The notes: generated by a model from the sequence alone, not told the origin. Counted from the stretch's first letter, positions 1 through 11,021 are shown. The stretch is DNA of 52,519 nt from an uncultured Fusobacterium sp. (GCA_964370665.1 CAYJKE010000002.1:1-52519); one strand, 5' to 3'. Program-made: numbers and translations.

Positions 1-554
1 AAATTTCTTGTTTTATTAAATCCAATAATTATACTAACATCATCAGATAAATAAACATCTTCTGAATTTCTTTTCATAAAAAAATGTTTTTCTTCAAAAG
101 TAAACAAATCTTTTTTTGCTCTAACTGATTTAACTGATTTTTCCCATAAAGTTTCCCTTGTGATTATAAATTTATTATCATTTTCAGTGCTTTGAGTATT
201 TCTACTAATAACAGTTTCTAACTTACAAAGGCTCTTAATTCCATCATAAAAAAAAGATTCAACAACAACTTCTTTATTATCTTCAAGCTCATTTAATATT
301 TCATTGGAAGAGATTGCATTAATAGGTTTGTTCTTAAGTAATTGTATTACAAAAGAAATAGCTTTTAATGTTGTAGTTTTTCCAGAAGCATTTATTCCTA
401 TAATTGACAAAACATTATTTGTATAGACATTGGAAAATAACTGCTTTAACATTTCATTTTTATCTTGATTTACTTTTTGATTTGCATAGAAATCAATCTC
501 TAAATTTTTTTCAAACAAAGGCAAGCCTTTAATAATTATTTTTAAAATTTTCAT
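1..554 (-). CDS. ABC/AAA_21-type ATPase (Abi/RloA-like), 5' part only; runs off the left edge of the window
   Basis: Not in the ORF track. Manual translation from the ATG at 554 (RBS GAGGTG) is open to the edge: MKILKIIIKGLPLFEKNLEIDFYANQKV...NNVLSIIGINASGKTTTLKAISF. It has Walker A GINASGKT after an ABC-type N-terminal beta-strand. Confidence 0.8.
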   Translation of the reverse strand, partial: MKILKIIIKGLPLFEKNLEIDFYANQKVNQDKNEMLKQLFSNVYTNNVLSIIGINASGKTTTLKAISFVIQLLKNKPINAISSNEILNELEDNKEVVVESFFYDGIKSLCKLETVISRNTQSTENDNKFIITRETLWEKSVKSVRAKKDLFTFEEKHFFMKRNSEDVYLSDDVSIIIGFNKTRN

Positions 555-575
555 ATTTACACCTCACTTTTTAAT

Positions 576-604
576 ATAATACTATTTATTTTATTAAAAG
601 TCAA
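576..604 (-). promoter_or_regulatory. Sigma70-type promoter for the ATPase gene
   Basis: TTGACT-17 nt-TATTAT on the minus strand. Confidence 0.55.
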
Positions 605-605
605 T

Positions 606-647
606 AAAAAAAACAAAAATAAACAGTTTAGTCGTTTATTTTTGTTT
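606..647 (-). terminator. AT-rich inverted repeat, probable terminator of the upstream lipoprotein gene
   Basis: AAACAAAAATAAAC-9 nt-GTTTATTTTTGTTT (14-bp stem), followed by a T run on the minus strand. Confidence 0.5.
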
Positions 648-663
648 CGAATGAGTTTTATCT

Positions 664-954
664 CTAATCCCTCAAGTCCTTTATTACCCCTATATAATAC
701 TCTGTCTCTTCATAATACTTTTCATAGCTTCGTTTATTTTCCACATCATACATTCTCTTTAGAATGATTTCTTTTTGAAATTCTTTAAATCTCTTATCCA
801 AATTATTAAGTTCCCTAGCTTTAAAAGGTTCATCTACCATTTTATTAAAATCTCTTACCAACTTATTATATTCACGTTCTGTTGGAGTAGCTCCTGGTAA
901 ATTAGTACAAGAAACTAAGACTAGTGATACTAAAACTAATATTATTTTTTTCAT
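664..954 (-). CDS. Small putative lipoprotein
   Basis: Signal peptide MKKIILVLVSLVLVSC with lipobox LVSC. Confidence 0.75.
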   Translation of the reverse strand: MKKIILVLVSLVLVSCTNLPGATPTEREYNKLVRDFNKMVDEPFKARELNNLDKRFKEFQKEIILKRMYDVENKRSYEKYYEETEYYIGVIKDLRD

Positions 955-965
955 CTTCCCTCTCT

Positions 966-1991
966 TTATATATTTTTACTAAAATATTTAAAAAAATTCT
1001 TAATATCCTTAGCAATATAATCCCATGTATGCTCTTCACCTTCATACAACTTTCCAGTAAATTCTATATTATGTTTTTTTAATCTTATTATCATATCTGC
1101 CCATTGATGAACCATACGATAAGGTTCTTTATCTTCTTCACCTACACTAATATATAGCTTCTTATTATATAGCCTCTCTTTGTCCATATTCTTCACTTGT
1201 GTGTATGGATCATACTTTAATATCCTCCATCCCCATGGACTAAAGACCCTTATAAAATGTCTTTCATCTACCTTATCTTTAGAAAAGATAAATTTAGGTA
1301 TGTATATAAGTTTAAGTAGCCTCATTATCCTTGAATTAAAAGTCATTCTAATTATGCTTATAGCCCCTGCAAAGCTTCCTATTACCTTAAACTTATCAAG
1401 ATGATTAATTCCTATGTTAAAGGCTGCATTCCCTCCCATAGAAAATCCTCCTATGCCTACTCTTAAGCTACCATATCTTTCTTCTATCTCATTATAAAGC
1501 TCATTCACCATATAATCTTGATACTTTCTTTCTTCATCATTATAGAAGTTAGCATACCAACTTTCTCCGTCACATCCTGAATCTGGCAAAATTATAATAA
1601 AGGGAGAGATTTCATTAGTTTCCATTAATTCCAAATAATTTTCTATTATCTTACCTTTATCTATCCAATCATCAGCACTATCACGAAGTCCATGAAGTAA
1701 TATTAATACTGGTATATTTTCTAGCTTAACATCTTTAGGGATTATCTCAATATATCTCATCTTTTCACAAACATATTTTGAAGATATTTTTCTATACTTT
1801 ATATCCAATCTATTTTTTATTTCTTCATTAGAATATTTTTTTAAATTTTCCTCATATGATTCAATATACTCTACTTCTTCATAAGTTTTCCCTATATTTA
1901 ATTTTCTCCCTAGTGACTTCTTAGCTTCTTTTTTACTTAATAAAAAATAAAAAAGGAAGATAGCAAGTAATATTATTATATAAATATACAC
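966..1991 (-). CDS. Membrane-anchored alpha/beta hydrolase (putative esterase family)
   Basis: N-terminal TM helix, PVLILLHG, nucleophile elbow GFSMGG, C-terminal GEEHTWDY. Confidence 0.85.
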   Translation of the reverse strand: MYIYIIILLAIFLFYFLLSKKEAKKSLGRKLNIGKTYEEVEYIESYEENLKKYSNEEIKNRLDIKYRKISSKYVCEKMRYIEIIPKDVKLENIPVLILLHGLRDSADDWIDKGKIIENYLELMETNEISPFIIILPDSGCDGESWYANFYNDEERKYQDYMVNELYNEIEERYGSLRVGIGGFSMGGNAAFNIGINHLDKFKVIGSFAGAISIIRMTFNSRIMRLLKLIYIPKFIFSKDKVDERHFIRVFSPWGWRILKYDPYTQVKNMDKERLYNKKLYISVGEEDKEPYRMVHQWADMIIRLKKHNIEFTGKLYEGEEHTWDYIAKDIKNFFKYFSKNI

Positions 1992-2038
1992 CTTATCCTC
2001 CTTTTATAGTATCTTAATTTTTAGTTTTTATATTCTTT

Positions 2039-3430
2039 TTAGAATTCTGCATTTCCAACTGTTCTTGGGAATGGAATTACGTCACGAATATTTGTCATTC
2101 CTGTTATATACATTATCATTCTTTCAAATCCTAGTCCGTATCCTGAATGAGGGAAGCTTCCGTATCTTCTCATATCTAAGTAGAATTTATATTCCTCTGT
2201 ACTAAGACCTAATTCTTTCATTTTTCCTTCTAATATCTCTAAGCTATCCTCTCTTTGAGAACCACCTATTATTTCTCCTATTCCTGGTGCAAGTAAGTCC
2301 ATTGCTCTTACTGTCTTTCCATCTTCATTAAGCTTCATATAGAATGACTTAATTTCTTTTGGATAGTCAACTAAGAATACAGGTTTCTTATAGTGCTTCT
2401 CTGCTAAATATCTTTCATGCTCACTTTGAAGATCTACTCCCCACTTAACAGGATAACTAAATTTCTCATTTGATGCAAGTAATATATCAATAGCCTCTGT
2501 ATAAGTTACTCTTGCAAATTCATTATCTACTACATTATTTAATTTATCTAATAGACCTTTTTCTACAAATTGATTGAAGAATGCCATTTCCTCTGGACAG
2601 TTTTCCATTACATATTTTATTATGTATTTTACCATGTCTTCAGCAAGGTCCATATTAGCCTCTAAGTTTCCAAAAGCTATTTCTGGCTCTATCATCCAAA
2701 ACTCAGCTGCATGTCTTGAAGTATTTGAGTTCTCTGCTCTAAATGTTGGTCCAAAAGTATATACATTTTTAAATGCTGCACAATAAGTTTCAACGTTTAA
2801 TTGTCCACTTACTGTAAGTCCAGTTTGCTTTCCAAAGAAGTCTTTTGACATATCAGGAGTCCCGTCTTCTTTCTTAGGTATATTATTTGGATCAAAAGTT
2901 GTTACTCTAAACATTTCTCCAGCTCCCTCACAATCAGAAGCTGTTATAATTGGAGTATGTACATATACGAAGTTTTGATCTTGGAAAAATTTATGTATTG
3001 CATAAGCTAGCACTGATCTCACTCTAAATACTGCTGAGAAAGTATTAGTTCTTGGTCTTAAATGTGCAATCTCTCTTAAGTATTCAAATGAATGTCTCTT
3101 GTTTTGTAAAGGATAGTCCAAATCTGCCTTTTGTATAACTTCTACTTTTTTAGCTATAATCTCAGAAGATTGTCCCTTTCCTTCTGATTCCTTGTATTCT
3201 CCCACAACACGAATTGTTGAAGATATAGAAAGATGAGATATCTCTTCAAAGTTCTCTAATTCTGTATTATATACTACTTGTATTCCCTTAAAAAAACTTC
3301 CGTCATTTACCTCAATAAATCCAAAGTTTTTTTGGTCTCTTAATTTTTTTACCCAACCAGAAATTTCTACTTCTTTTCCTAGTAGTTCTTTTTCGTTTCT
3401 ATAAAGTTCTCTTACTGTTACAATGCTCAT
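2039..3430 (-). CDS. asnS: Asparagine--tRNA ligase
   Basis: OB-fold anticodon domain (FIEVNDGS), [36 protein letters not shown]. Confidence 0.97.
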   Translation of the reverse strand: MSIVTVRELYRNEKELLGKEVEISGWVKKLRDQKNFGFIEVNDGSFFKGIQVVYNTELENFEEISHLSISSTIRVVGEYKESEGKGQSSEIIAKKVEVIQKADLDYPLQNKRHSFEYLREIAHLRPRTNTFSAVFRVRSVLAYAIHKFFQDQNFVYVHTPIITASDCEGAGEMFRVTTFDPNNIPKKEDGTPDMSKDFFGKQTGLTVSGQLNVETYCAAFKNVYTFGPTFRAENSNTSRHAAEFWMIEPEIAFGNLEANMDLAEDMVKYIIKYVMENCPEEMAFFNQFVEKGLLDKLNNVVDNEFARVTYTEAIDILLASNEKFSYPVKWGVDLQSEHERYLAEKHYKKPVFLVDYPKEIKSFYMKLNEDGKTVRAMDLLAPGIGEIIGGSQREDSLEILEGKMKELGLSTEEYKFYLDMRRYGSFPHSGYGLGFERMIMYITGMTNIRDVIPFPRTVGNAEF

Positions 3431-3443
3431 TACTCTTGCCCCC

Positions 3444-3632
3444 TTAGTTTAATTTATCTGTATCATCAACTATTTTTATATTTTCTAAGTGTCCCTTTAC
3501 CTGTGCTCTAAATTGGCTTAAATAAAGTTCTCTATACTTTGCTCTTTCTACTGTTTCCTCAGGTGTTAAATTTCTTTCTTTTGAAAGTTTAGCATAATAA
3601 TTAACCTTAACTATTATATCCTTCATTTCCAT
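3444..3632 (-). CDS. DUF896/YnzC-like small protein
   Basis: [31 protein letters not shown] pattern. Confidence 0.85.
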   Translation of the reverse strand: MEMKDIIVKVNYYAKLSKERNLTPEETVERAKYRELYLSQFRAQVKGHLENIKIVDDTDKLN

Positions 3633-3698
3633 TACTACTACCTCCGTTTTTACTCTTTACATTTATTCACATTTAATTCTATTACTAATATATTGAGC

Positions 3699-4946
3699 CT
3701 ATACTTGCCCCTTATCAAATTCACTTATTGTTTTATTATTCACACTTAACACTATTCCTAACCCCATCATTATTGTAAGTATTGAACTACCACCATAACT
3801 AAATATTGGCATTGGTATTCCAAATACTGGAAGAAGTCCTACTGCTACAAAGGTATTTATAAAAACTTGAGTAAGAATAAGTCCACCTATACCAATTGCC
3901 ACATATTTTCCAAATCTATCCTTACTTTCTAAGGCTACTTCCATTATAAGACTATACAATACTAAGAAAAGTATCATTACAACAATTATTCCAAAAAAAC
4001 CAAATTCTTCTGCTAGTACTGCCATAATAAAGTCTGTATGTATTTCTGGTAAATAACTATACTTTTGAACTCCATTTCCATAACCAACTCCAAAGAATCC
4101 ACCATTTCCAAAGGCAAGAAGAGATTGATTTACCTGATATCCTATATCAAGATTTCCTTCATATCCTTTTCCAAAAAGTCCCTCTAAATACATAGAAATT
4201 CTTCTAAGTTTGTAACCACCATTTTCAACATCTCCATAATTATATATATAATAGCATGCTCCACTTCCAAATAAAATAAGTGGTGTAGCTAGTGAAATTA
4301 TAATCTTCTTACTAAATCCACTTAAAAATATCATTACCAAGGCTATAATTATATAGTGAATAACTGTTCCTAAGTCTCTTTGTAAAGCTATAAATCCACC
4401 AAATACTATTACTATTATTATTGTGTTAATCAGCCTTACATTAAAATGAATATTCTTTTTTTCGCCCTCTCCAAGCATAAAAGCTATAAGGGTTATAAAC
4501 ACTATCTTTAATAATTCTGCTGGTTGAATACTAATAGGCCCAAGTCTAATCCAAGCATAAGCTCCACCTATCTTTCTTACTACACTAGGTAAAAAATATC
4601 TTCCTAGTAGCATAAAAAGTAATACTCCTATGGATCCCACTAATATTACCCGTCTAATTCTTGGCTCTTTTAAAAGTCTATAATCTAGCTTAGATAATAT
4701 CTTCATAGCAATCCCACCTATTATAAGGTAAAAAGTATATTTTCCTAAACTAGCGTGCTCTACAAAATTAGATATACTATTAAAATTAAACCATGCTATA
4801 GCTATTAAAAGTCCTGTTATGATTAATATATTCTTATTTCTATCAGATATTCTCTCTAATAGTTTTTTTCTTTTTATTTGATTATCAATGAGGTTTTTCT
4901 CATGATATATACTACTATTTTGTTCTATATTCTTCAATGACCTCAC
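3699..4946 (-). CDS. SEDS family peptidoglycan glycosyltransferase (FtsW/RodA)
   Basis: WIRLGPISIQPAELLK, QRDLGT, GYQVNQS, YLPEIHTDFI, SYGGSS. Confidence 0.93.
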   Translation of the reverse strand: MRSLKNIEQNSSIYHEKNLIDNQIKRKKLLERISDRNKNILIITGLLIAIAWFNFNSISNFVEHASLGKYTFYLIIGGIAMKILSKLDYRLLKEPRIRRVILVGSIGVLLFMLLGRYFLPSVVRKIGGAYAWIRLGPISIQPAELLKIVFITLIAFMLGEGEKKNIHFNVRLINTIIIVIVFGGFIALQRDLGTVIHYIIIALVMIFLSGFSKKIIISLATPLILFGSGACYYIYNYGDVENGGYKLRRISMYLEGLFGKGYEGNLDIGYQVNQSLLAFGNGGFFGVGYGNGVQKYSYLPEIHTDFIMAVLAEEFGFFGIIVVMILFLVLYSLIMEVALESKDRFGKYVAIGIGGLILTQVFINTFVAVGLLPVFGIPMPIFSYGGSSILTIMMGLGIVLSVNNKTISEFDKGQV

Positions 4947-4990
4947 CTTTATCTAACTTTATATTATCTTCATTTTTACTAAGACTATTT

Positions 4991-5569
4991 TTAATCTCTA
5001 TTTTGGTATAATTTTTTTTCCATTATAAACTCTTGTACTTCTTTAGTTAATTCCCCAGATATCTCTTCATTCTTTTCAAAGTTTTTCTTTATTTCACTAG
5101 AAGATATATTATAGTATTCATTTTCTAACTCTATTACTTTTTCATTTTTTATAATACTTTCATATCCTTTTCGCTTTAATACAACTATTTTAGACTTATC
5201 TAATATTTCTTCATAATTTTTCCATTTATTAAAATAAGCAGCTGAATCTTCTCCTATTATTTCAAAATATTGATTTTCTTCCCCATATAAATTTCTAATT
5301 TTTCTTAAGGTCTTATAAGTATACGAAATTTCATCAGAGTCTATTTCTATCCTAGATATTTCTGTACCCTTAATATTTTCAAAGTTAAGCTTACACATTT
5401 CATATCTTAAGTTTCCTTCTGTTAGCTTATCTTTTCCATGAGAAGCCTTTCCCACTGGTATTATTATTAATTTATCTAAGTCTAATTTATTTACTACATA
5501 TTCAACTATTTTCTTATGTCCCATATGAGGAGGATCAAAAGAACCACCATAAATTCCTATTTTTAGCAT
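4991..5569 (-). CDS. nadD: Nicotinate-nucleotide adenylyltransferase
   Basis: GGSFDPPHMGH, SYTYKTL, IIGEDS, ISSSEIK. Confidence 0.93.
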   Translation of the reverse strand: MLKIGIYGGSFDPPHMGHKKIVEYVVNKLDLDKLIIIPVGKASHGKDKLTEGNLRYEMCKLNFENIKGTEISRIEIDSDEISYTYKTLRKIRNLYGEENQYFEIIGEDSAAYFNKWKNYEEILDKSKIVVLKRKGYESIIKNEKVIELENEYYNISSSEIKKNFEKNEEISGELTKEVQEFIMEKKLYQNRD

Positions 5570-6414
5570 TCTATCTCCATTAACAAGGCAGCAAATATTT
5601 CTTTTCCTATATTATTTAATTCTTTTACTTTATTGTTTTTTTCTGTTACTGTTATTTTATTCTTTATTATTTCTAGATATATTTTTCTTTCTTCTTCAGG
5701 TAAATTTTCAATGATTTTTAATGAACCTAATATATTTAATCCCTCTTCATTTTCTAATTTATCTTTTTTATTTTTAAAATCCTTCATTAATTCTTCTAAA
5801 GTAACCTCATTAGAAATTATTGCATTTTCATATTCATAAGTTTCTATCCTCATTTTTGTTATATAACTCATTACAAAATAAAGAATTTCTATTGAATAAG
5901 AATAAATTTCAAAATATTTTTTCATTCCATATAAATAAAGAGCTTTTCCGTGATTTATGTTATCCATTAAGGCTACTCTTGTAAGTATCTCATAAAACTT
6001 CTTTTCATCTCTCATATATAACTCATTTGAATATTTCATTACATGATCTAATTTTCCATTAAATATAACTTTTATTAAATTTTTTTCAAGCTTACTTATA
6101 TCCATATTTTTTATTCTAGAAATCTTTTCTTCTCCATATGCTTCTTGTTCTGAAAAATCAATATTATTAGCGTAATATTCAAATAATTCTTGGTCTTTCT
6201 CTACAAAAAGAGTCCCTAGTATCATATGATTTTTTTCTTTTCTTTTTATTTTCCCAAGAGAATCCACTGTAAAAAATGCCTTTTTATTTGTTGTATGAAT
6301 TAATGTTTTAAGTAATTCCCCTCTAGAGTTCTGAAGCTCTTCATATAACTTATTTATTTCTAAAGGCATCATCTCTTTTTCTATTTCCTTTAAGTATAAT
6401 ATATCTTTTTTCAT
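5563..6414 (-). CDS. Hypothetical protein (probably helical, cytoplasmic)
   Basis: 283-aa ORF with AGGAG RBS that overlaps the nadD start; no motif recognised. Confidence 0.75.
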   Translation of the reverse strand: MKKDILYLKEIEKEMMPLEINKLYEELQNSRGELLKTLIHTTNKKAFFTVDSLGKIKRKEKNHMILGTLFVEKDQELFEYYANNIDFSEQEAYGEEKISRIKNMDISKLEKNLIKVIFNGKLDHVMKYSNELYMRDEKKFYEILTRVALMDNINHGKALYLYGMKKYFEIYSYSIEILYFVMSYITKMRIETYEYENAIISNEVTLEELMKDFKNKKDKLENEEGLNILGSLKIIENLPEEERKIYLEIIKNKITVTEKNNKVKELNNIGKEIFAALLMEIEC

Positions 6415-6424
6415 TTTATATCTC

Positions 6425-7420
6425 CTAAAACTTTAAAGTATTATCTTCTAAAACATCAAATTCAATTTTTAAAACATACAAGTTTTCTATTTCTACATCC
6501 CTTGGTAGCTTTACCATATCTTTTTCTGTTGTTATTATATAATCAGCTTCCATCTCTAAAGCTCTCTTCTTTATTTTTTTCATATCATTTTTAGTAAAGC
6601 TATGGTGATCCAAAAAGTCCATTCTTTCTATATTAGATGGCTCTAATGAGATTACCGTTTTCTCAAAATTAAGAGGGTTAGCAAGGCCAGAAAATAATAA
6701 AACCTTCTTATTTTTTACCCAAAATAATGGTTTCATATTTCCTTCCATATCAGATAAAGACTTTATTCCATGCTTTGCTGTTGACACTGACTTCTTATAT
6801 CTCGTTCTTAAAAATCTTTTAAGAGCTGTTACTTCTCTTTCAGGAATTAAGTCCGACTTAGTTATTATAAACTCTGAAGCTCTTTCTGCTCCTGTATCAA
6901 ACTTTTCTCTTAAAGTTCCTGTTGGAAGGAGAGCTCCCCATCCAAATGGATTAGTTGCATCTATTAAAACTATATCCCAGTCTCTATGAAACTTCCTATG
7001 TTGAAAACCATCATCTAATATTATTACATCAGGGTTAAATGCTTTTTTAGCAAGTTTTGCAGCCCTATATCTATTTCTTCCAACAATTATAGGTAACTTT
7101 AAATTAAGTGCATGACTGTAAGGTTCGTCACCACTTTCTTTAGGGCTTGCATATATTTTCTTCCCATCAGAGACTATTAAAGGATCCTTCACTCTCTTTC
7201 CTTTATAACCTCTTGATATAACCACTACTTTTTTTCCAGTCTCTTGTAGTTTCTTGGCAAAATATTGAACTGCAGGAGTTTTTCCTGTTCCACCTACTGT
7301 TATATTTCCTATGCAAATTACCTTTGGTCCCTCTAGTTTATTTATTTTAAAAATTTTCTTATCGTATAACCAATTTCTAAGGTTTGTAATAAGAAAGTAT
7401 ATATATGATAATAGTTTCAT
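6425..7420 (-). CDS. lpxK: Tetraacyldisaccharide 4'-kinase
   Basis: IGNITVGGTGKTP, SRGYKG, GDEP, LDDGFQH, LLPTGTLRE, TTEKD. Confidence 0.96.
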   Translation of the reverse strand: MKLLSYIYFLITNLRNWLYDKKIFKINKLEGPKVICIGNITVGGTGKTPAVQYFAKKLQETGKKVVVISRGYKGKRVKDPLIVSDGKKIYASPKESGDEPYSHALNLKLPIIVGRNRYRAAKLAKKAFNPDVIILDDGFQHRKFHRDWDIVLIDATNPFGWGALLPTGTLREKFDTGAERASEFIITKSDLIPEREVTALKRFLRTRYKKSVSTAKHGIKSLSDMEGNMKPLFWVKNKKVLLFSGLANPLNFEKTVISLEPSNIERMDFLDHHSFTKNDMKKIKKRALEMEADYIITTEKDMVKLPRDVEIENLYVLKIEFDVLEDNTLKF

Positions 7421-7505
7421 TTTTCCCTCTTTATTTTTTCTTGCTTTCTATATTTTACCCTAATTTCATAAAAATGCAAGAAAAATTTTTCTTATATTCA
7501 TTTTT

Positions 7506-10500
7506 CTAGAATTTTACAGGGACTATTTTAGAGATACCTATTTTTTTATTCATAGTTACTCCAAATATACTGTCAGACGATCTCATAGTTTCTTTGTTAT
7601 GGGTAATTAATATAAATTGAGATTTATCTGTAAACTGCTTTAATTTTCCTATTAATTTCTTAGTGTTTTTCTCATCAAGAGCTGCCTCAATCTCATCTAA
7701 GAATGTAAAAGGACTTGGCTTATACATAAATATTGCCATTATAAAGGCTATTGCTACCATGGATTTTTCTCCACCTGAAAGTAACGTTAAAGATTGCTTC
7801 TTTTTATTTCTAAACTTAACAAATATTTCCACTCCACAATTTTCAAAGTCCTCTTCATTAATAAGAGTTAAGCTTCCTTCAGAGTTATCTAGAGTTTCCA
7901 TACACATAAGGTTAAAATTATTATTTATTGTGTTATACGCATCATAAAACTTTTCTTTTATAGCCAGTGATATTTCTTCTATTATTCCAAGTAATGATTC
8001 TCTACTTGTTTCTAAATCATCTTTTTGAGTTTTAATAAAATTATATCTTTCATCAATTTCTTTAAACTCTTCCACAGCTAATAAATTCACTGTTTCAAAG
8101 TCTTTTAGCTTATTAGACAAATATTTTACTCTGTCTACAGAAGTTTTATATTGATTTTCTTCTATATCTTTTATTTTTATATCATTCATATCATTTAATG
8201 ACTCTTCAAGAAGAATAATTTCCTTTTGATATTTATCTACCTTTTCTACTTCACTCTTAAACTTTTCTTCTTCTTTATAGATTTTTGATTCAATATCTTT
8301 AATAAGTCCTATAGCTTCCTTTTCTTTGATACTTAAAAAACTTTCTCTTTCTTTGGCGATCAATAACTCTCTATTTTCTTTTTCATACTCATTTTCTTTT
8401 TCAGCTTTTTGTTTATTAATTGTTTCAATATCTAGTTTGATTTGCTCAAGAGCTTTATAAAGATTTTCTAATCTCGTTTCAGCTCCTTCTTTTTCTTTTA
8501 TTATCTCTTCTTTTTCTTTTAGATTTTTTTCTATATCATTTTCTATTTGAGCATTTCTATCTTTAGTATTATAATATCTTATTTTGTAGTCAGAGTATTC
8601 ATTATTTATCTTCTCTCTTTTTTCAGTAATCTCTCCAACTTCTTTAGTTTTACTCTCTATTCCTTCTTTAAGATTCTTAACCTTTTCTTCTACTCCTAGC
8701 TTACTTGAAGTAGACTCTTCTACTTTCTTTTTATATTCCACAAGATAGTTTTCTTCCTCTTCTTTTTCACTTGTAGATACCATTTTCTCTTTTAAAAACT
8801 TTTCTTCCTTCTCTTTAAAAGCCTCTACTTCTTCTTGGTATATTTTATAATTCTTTCTAAGAGATATGTCTAAGCTATCTAGTTCTTGAGTTCTATTATC
8901 TAGTTCTTCTAGTCTTTTGCTACATTCTTCTTTTTCTTGTCTATTTTTTTCTATTTTATTTTCAAGAATAGAAATTGCTTCTTCTAATTTTTTCATTTCT
9001 TTTCTACGTTCAAACATTTGAGATATAGCTGAGTTTTTATTTTCTCCTCCTGTCATTCTACCACTACCACTTATAAGTTCTCCAGACAGTGTTGCTATAT
9101 TTCCTGAAAATAAATTTTTCTTAGAGATTGAAATTCCAACATCAATATTTTCTACTATTAATAGATTACCTAGTACAACATCTATTACTTTTTGATATTT
9201 TTTATCATAACCAATTAACTCCGAACCTCTACCAACTATTCCTGGAATATTTGGTATTTCTCTTTTATTAAAAGTTTTTAAAATATCCAATGCAAAGAAT
9301 GAAGCTTTTCCTACTTTTTTCTCTTTTAGGATTTCTATACATTTTTTCACAACTTGACTATTTTCTACTACTATATCTTGAAGATTTCCAGCTATAGATG
9401 CTTCTATTGCTTTTTCTATTTTTTCAGGTATTGTAATTAAAGATATTAAAGCTCCATTAACCCCTTGGATATTTGAGTTAAGGATTTCTTTAACTCCCTT
9501 ATAAAATCCTTCATTATTTTCTTCAAATCTTTGAATACTATTATATCTATTTTTAACTCTTGCTTCTTCTTCTTCTTCTCTTCGTAGTTCTTCACTTAAT
9601 CTATTTGATTTTATACTAAATTCTGTTATTTGTTTTTCACAAATTTCTTGATTTTTAGTGTTTTCAATTATTTGCTCTTCTTTTGCTAATTTATTTTTTT
9701 CAGCAACTATAAAGAGTTCTTTGTTTTCACTGATTTTTTCATTAAGACTTACTAAGTCTTTAGACAAGTTATTTATTCTTGCCTGACTTTCTTTTATTCT
9801 CTTAGAAGAGCTTTCAATAGCATTATCATATTGTAGCTTTTGTACTTCTATTTCTATTATTTGATTTTTTTCTATTGTTAATTCTCTTTCAAGAATAGTC
9901 TTCTTTGAATCTAAAGTTTGAATAGTTTCTTCAAGCTCTTTTACTTTCTCTTCATTGTTATTTAGATTATTTATTAAGTTTTCCTTTTCTTCTAAAAACT
10001 TTTTATAAGTTTCCTCATTAGTTTTTATTTTTACCTCAAAGGAAGTTTGTCTTTCTTTTTTTTCTACCTCTTCTCTCTTATATCCTTCTTCTCTTTCTAA
10101 AAGAGTTGCCTTTTCTTTTTCAAAATTATTTATTATATTTTTTATATTTTCATTCTCACTAAATAATTTTTCAATATTTAATTTTATCTCTTCAGTATCT
10201 TTTATTATATTTTCTAATTCTTTAGATTTTTCTACTTTTTCATCTTTTATCTCTTGAATACTTTTTTCAAATTCATTTACTTTTTCCTTTGATTTTTCAT
10301 GATTCTCTTTATTTTTTTCAAATTCAAAAGTAAGAACTCCTTTATTTAAACTATCTCTTTCTTCTTTTATATTTAAGAAAGCTATAGCCTTTTCAGATTG
10401 CTTTTTTATCTTTGTTCTTTGTTCAAAAGTTTCAGTAAGTATTAATTCTATTTTTTCAACTTCATTTACTATATTATTTAATTTTTTTTCTGACTCTAGT

Positions 10501-11021
10501 TTTCTAATTTGATATTTTTTTACCCCTGCTGCTTCTTCTATTATTTCTTTAACTTCTTTCTTTGAAGATGAGATAATTCTTTCGACTTTTCCTTGACCGA
10601 TTACAGAATAGGCTGATTTTCCTATTCCCGTATCCATAAACATATCTCCTATATCTTTTAATCTAGCTCTTTTATCATTTATAAGGTATTCGTTATCTCC
10701 AGTAGAATATATTTTTCTAGTAACTTTTAGGGTTTCTTCTTCTATAGCAAAAAACTTATCGCTATTATCTATATATAGAGATACTTCTGCATAATTTGCT
10801 CCTTTTTTCCCTTCTCCACCTGAAAATATTATATCCTTACTTTCTTTAGCTCTTATATTCTTATATGATTGCTCTCCTAGCACCCATAATATTGAATCTA
10901 ATATATTTGATTTTCCAGATCCGTTAGGTCCTACTATTGAAGTTATTCCCCCATCAAAATCTATCTTAACCCTTTCACCAAAGGATTTGAATCCATATAT
11001 TTCTACTCCTTTTAAATGCAT
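7506..11021 (-). CDS. smc: Chromosome segregation protein SMC
   Basis: GFKSF, GPNGSGKSN, long coiled coils around a hinge domain, LSGGEKS, FLDEIEAALD. Confidence 0.96.
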   Translation of the reverse strand: MHLKGVEIYGFKSFGERVKIDFDGGITSIVGPNGSGKSNILDSILWVLGEQSYKNIRAKESKDIIFSGGEGKKGANYAEVSLYIDNSDKFFAIEEETLKVTRKIYSTGDNEYLINDKRARLKDIGDMFMDTGIGKSAYSVIGQGKVERIISSSKKEVKEIIEEAAGVKKYQIRKLESEKKLNNIVNEVEKIELILTETFEQRTKIKKQSEKAIAFLNIKEERDSLNKGVLTFEFEKNKENHEKSKEKVNEFEKSIQEIKDEKVEKSKELENIIKDTEEIKLNIEKLFSENENIKNIINNFEKEKATLLEREEGYKREEVEKKERQTSFEVKIKTNEETYKKFLEEKENLINNLNNNEEKVKELEETIQTLDSKKTILERELTIEKNQIIEIEVQKLQYDNAIESSSKRIKESQARINNLSKDLVSLNEKISENKELFIVAEKNKLAKEEQIIENTKNQEICEKQITEFSIKSNRLSEELRREEEEEARVKNRYNSIQRFEENNEGFYKGVKEILNSNIQGVNGALISLITIPEKIEKAIEASIAGNLQDIVVENSQVVKKCIEILKEKKVGKASFFALDILKTFNKREIPNIPGIVGRGSELIGYDKKYQKVIDVVLGNLLIVENIDVGISISKKNLFSGNIATLSGELISGSGRMTGGENKNSAISQMFERRKEMKKLEEAISILENKIEKNRQEKEECSKRLEELDNRTQELDSLDISLRKNYKIYQEEVEAFKEKEEKFLKEKMVSTSEKEEEENYLVEYKKKVEESTSSKLGVEEKVKNLKEGIESKTKEVGEITEKREKINNEYSDYKIRYYNTKDRNAQIENDIEKNLKEKEEIIKEKEGAETRLENLYKALEQIKLDIETINKQKAEKENEYEKENRELLIAKERESFLSIKEKEAIGLIKDIESKIYKEEEKFKSEVEKVDKYQKEIILLEESLNDMNDIKIKDIEENQYKTSVDRVKYLSNKLKDFETVNLLAVEEFKEIDERYNFIKTQKDDLETSRESLLGIIEEISLAIKEKFYDAYNTINNNFNLMCMETLDNSEGSLTLINEEDFENCGVEIFVKFRNKKKQSLTLLSGGEKSMVAIAFIMAIFMYKPSPFTFLDEIEAALDEKNTKKLIGKLKQFTDKSQFILITHNKETMRSSDSIFGVTMNKKIGISKIVPVKF

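Noticed and set aside
8100..10500. Repetitive TTC/TCT-rich sequence in smc, and similarly in the helicase insert
   Set aside because: Reflects Glu/Lys-rich coiled-coil codons, not a DNA repeat array or CRISPR.
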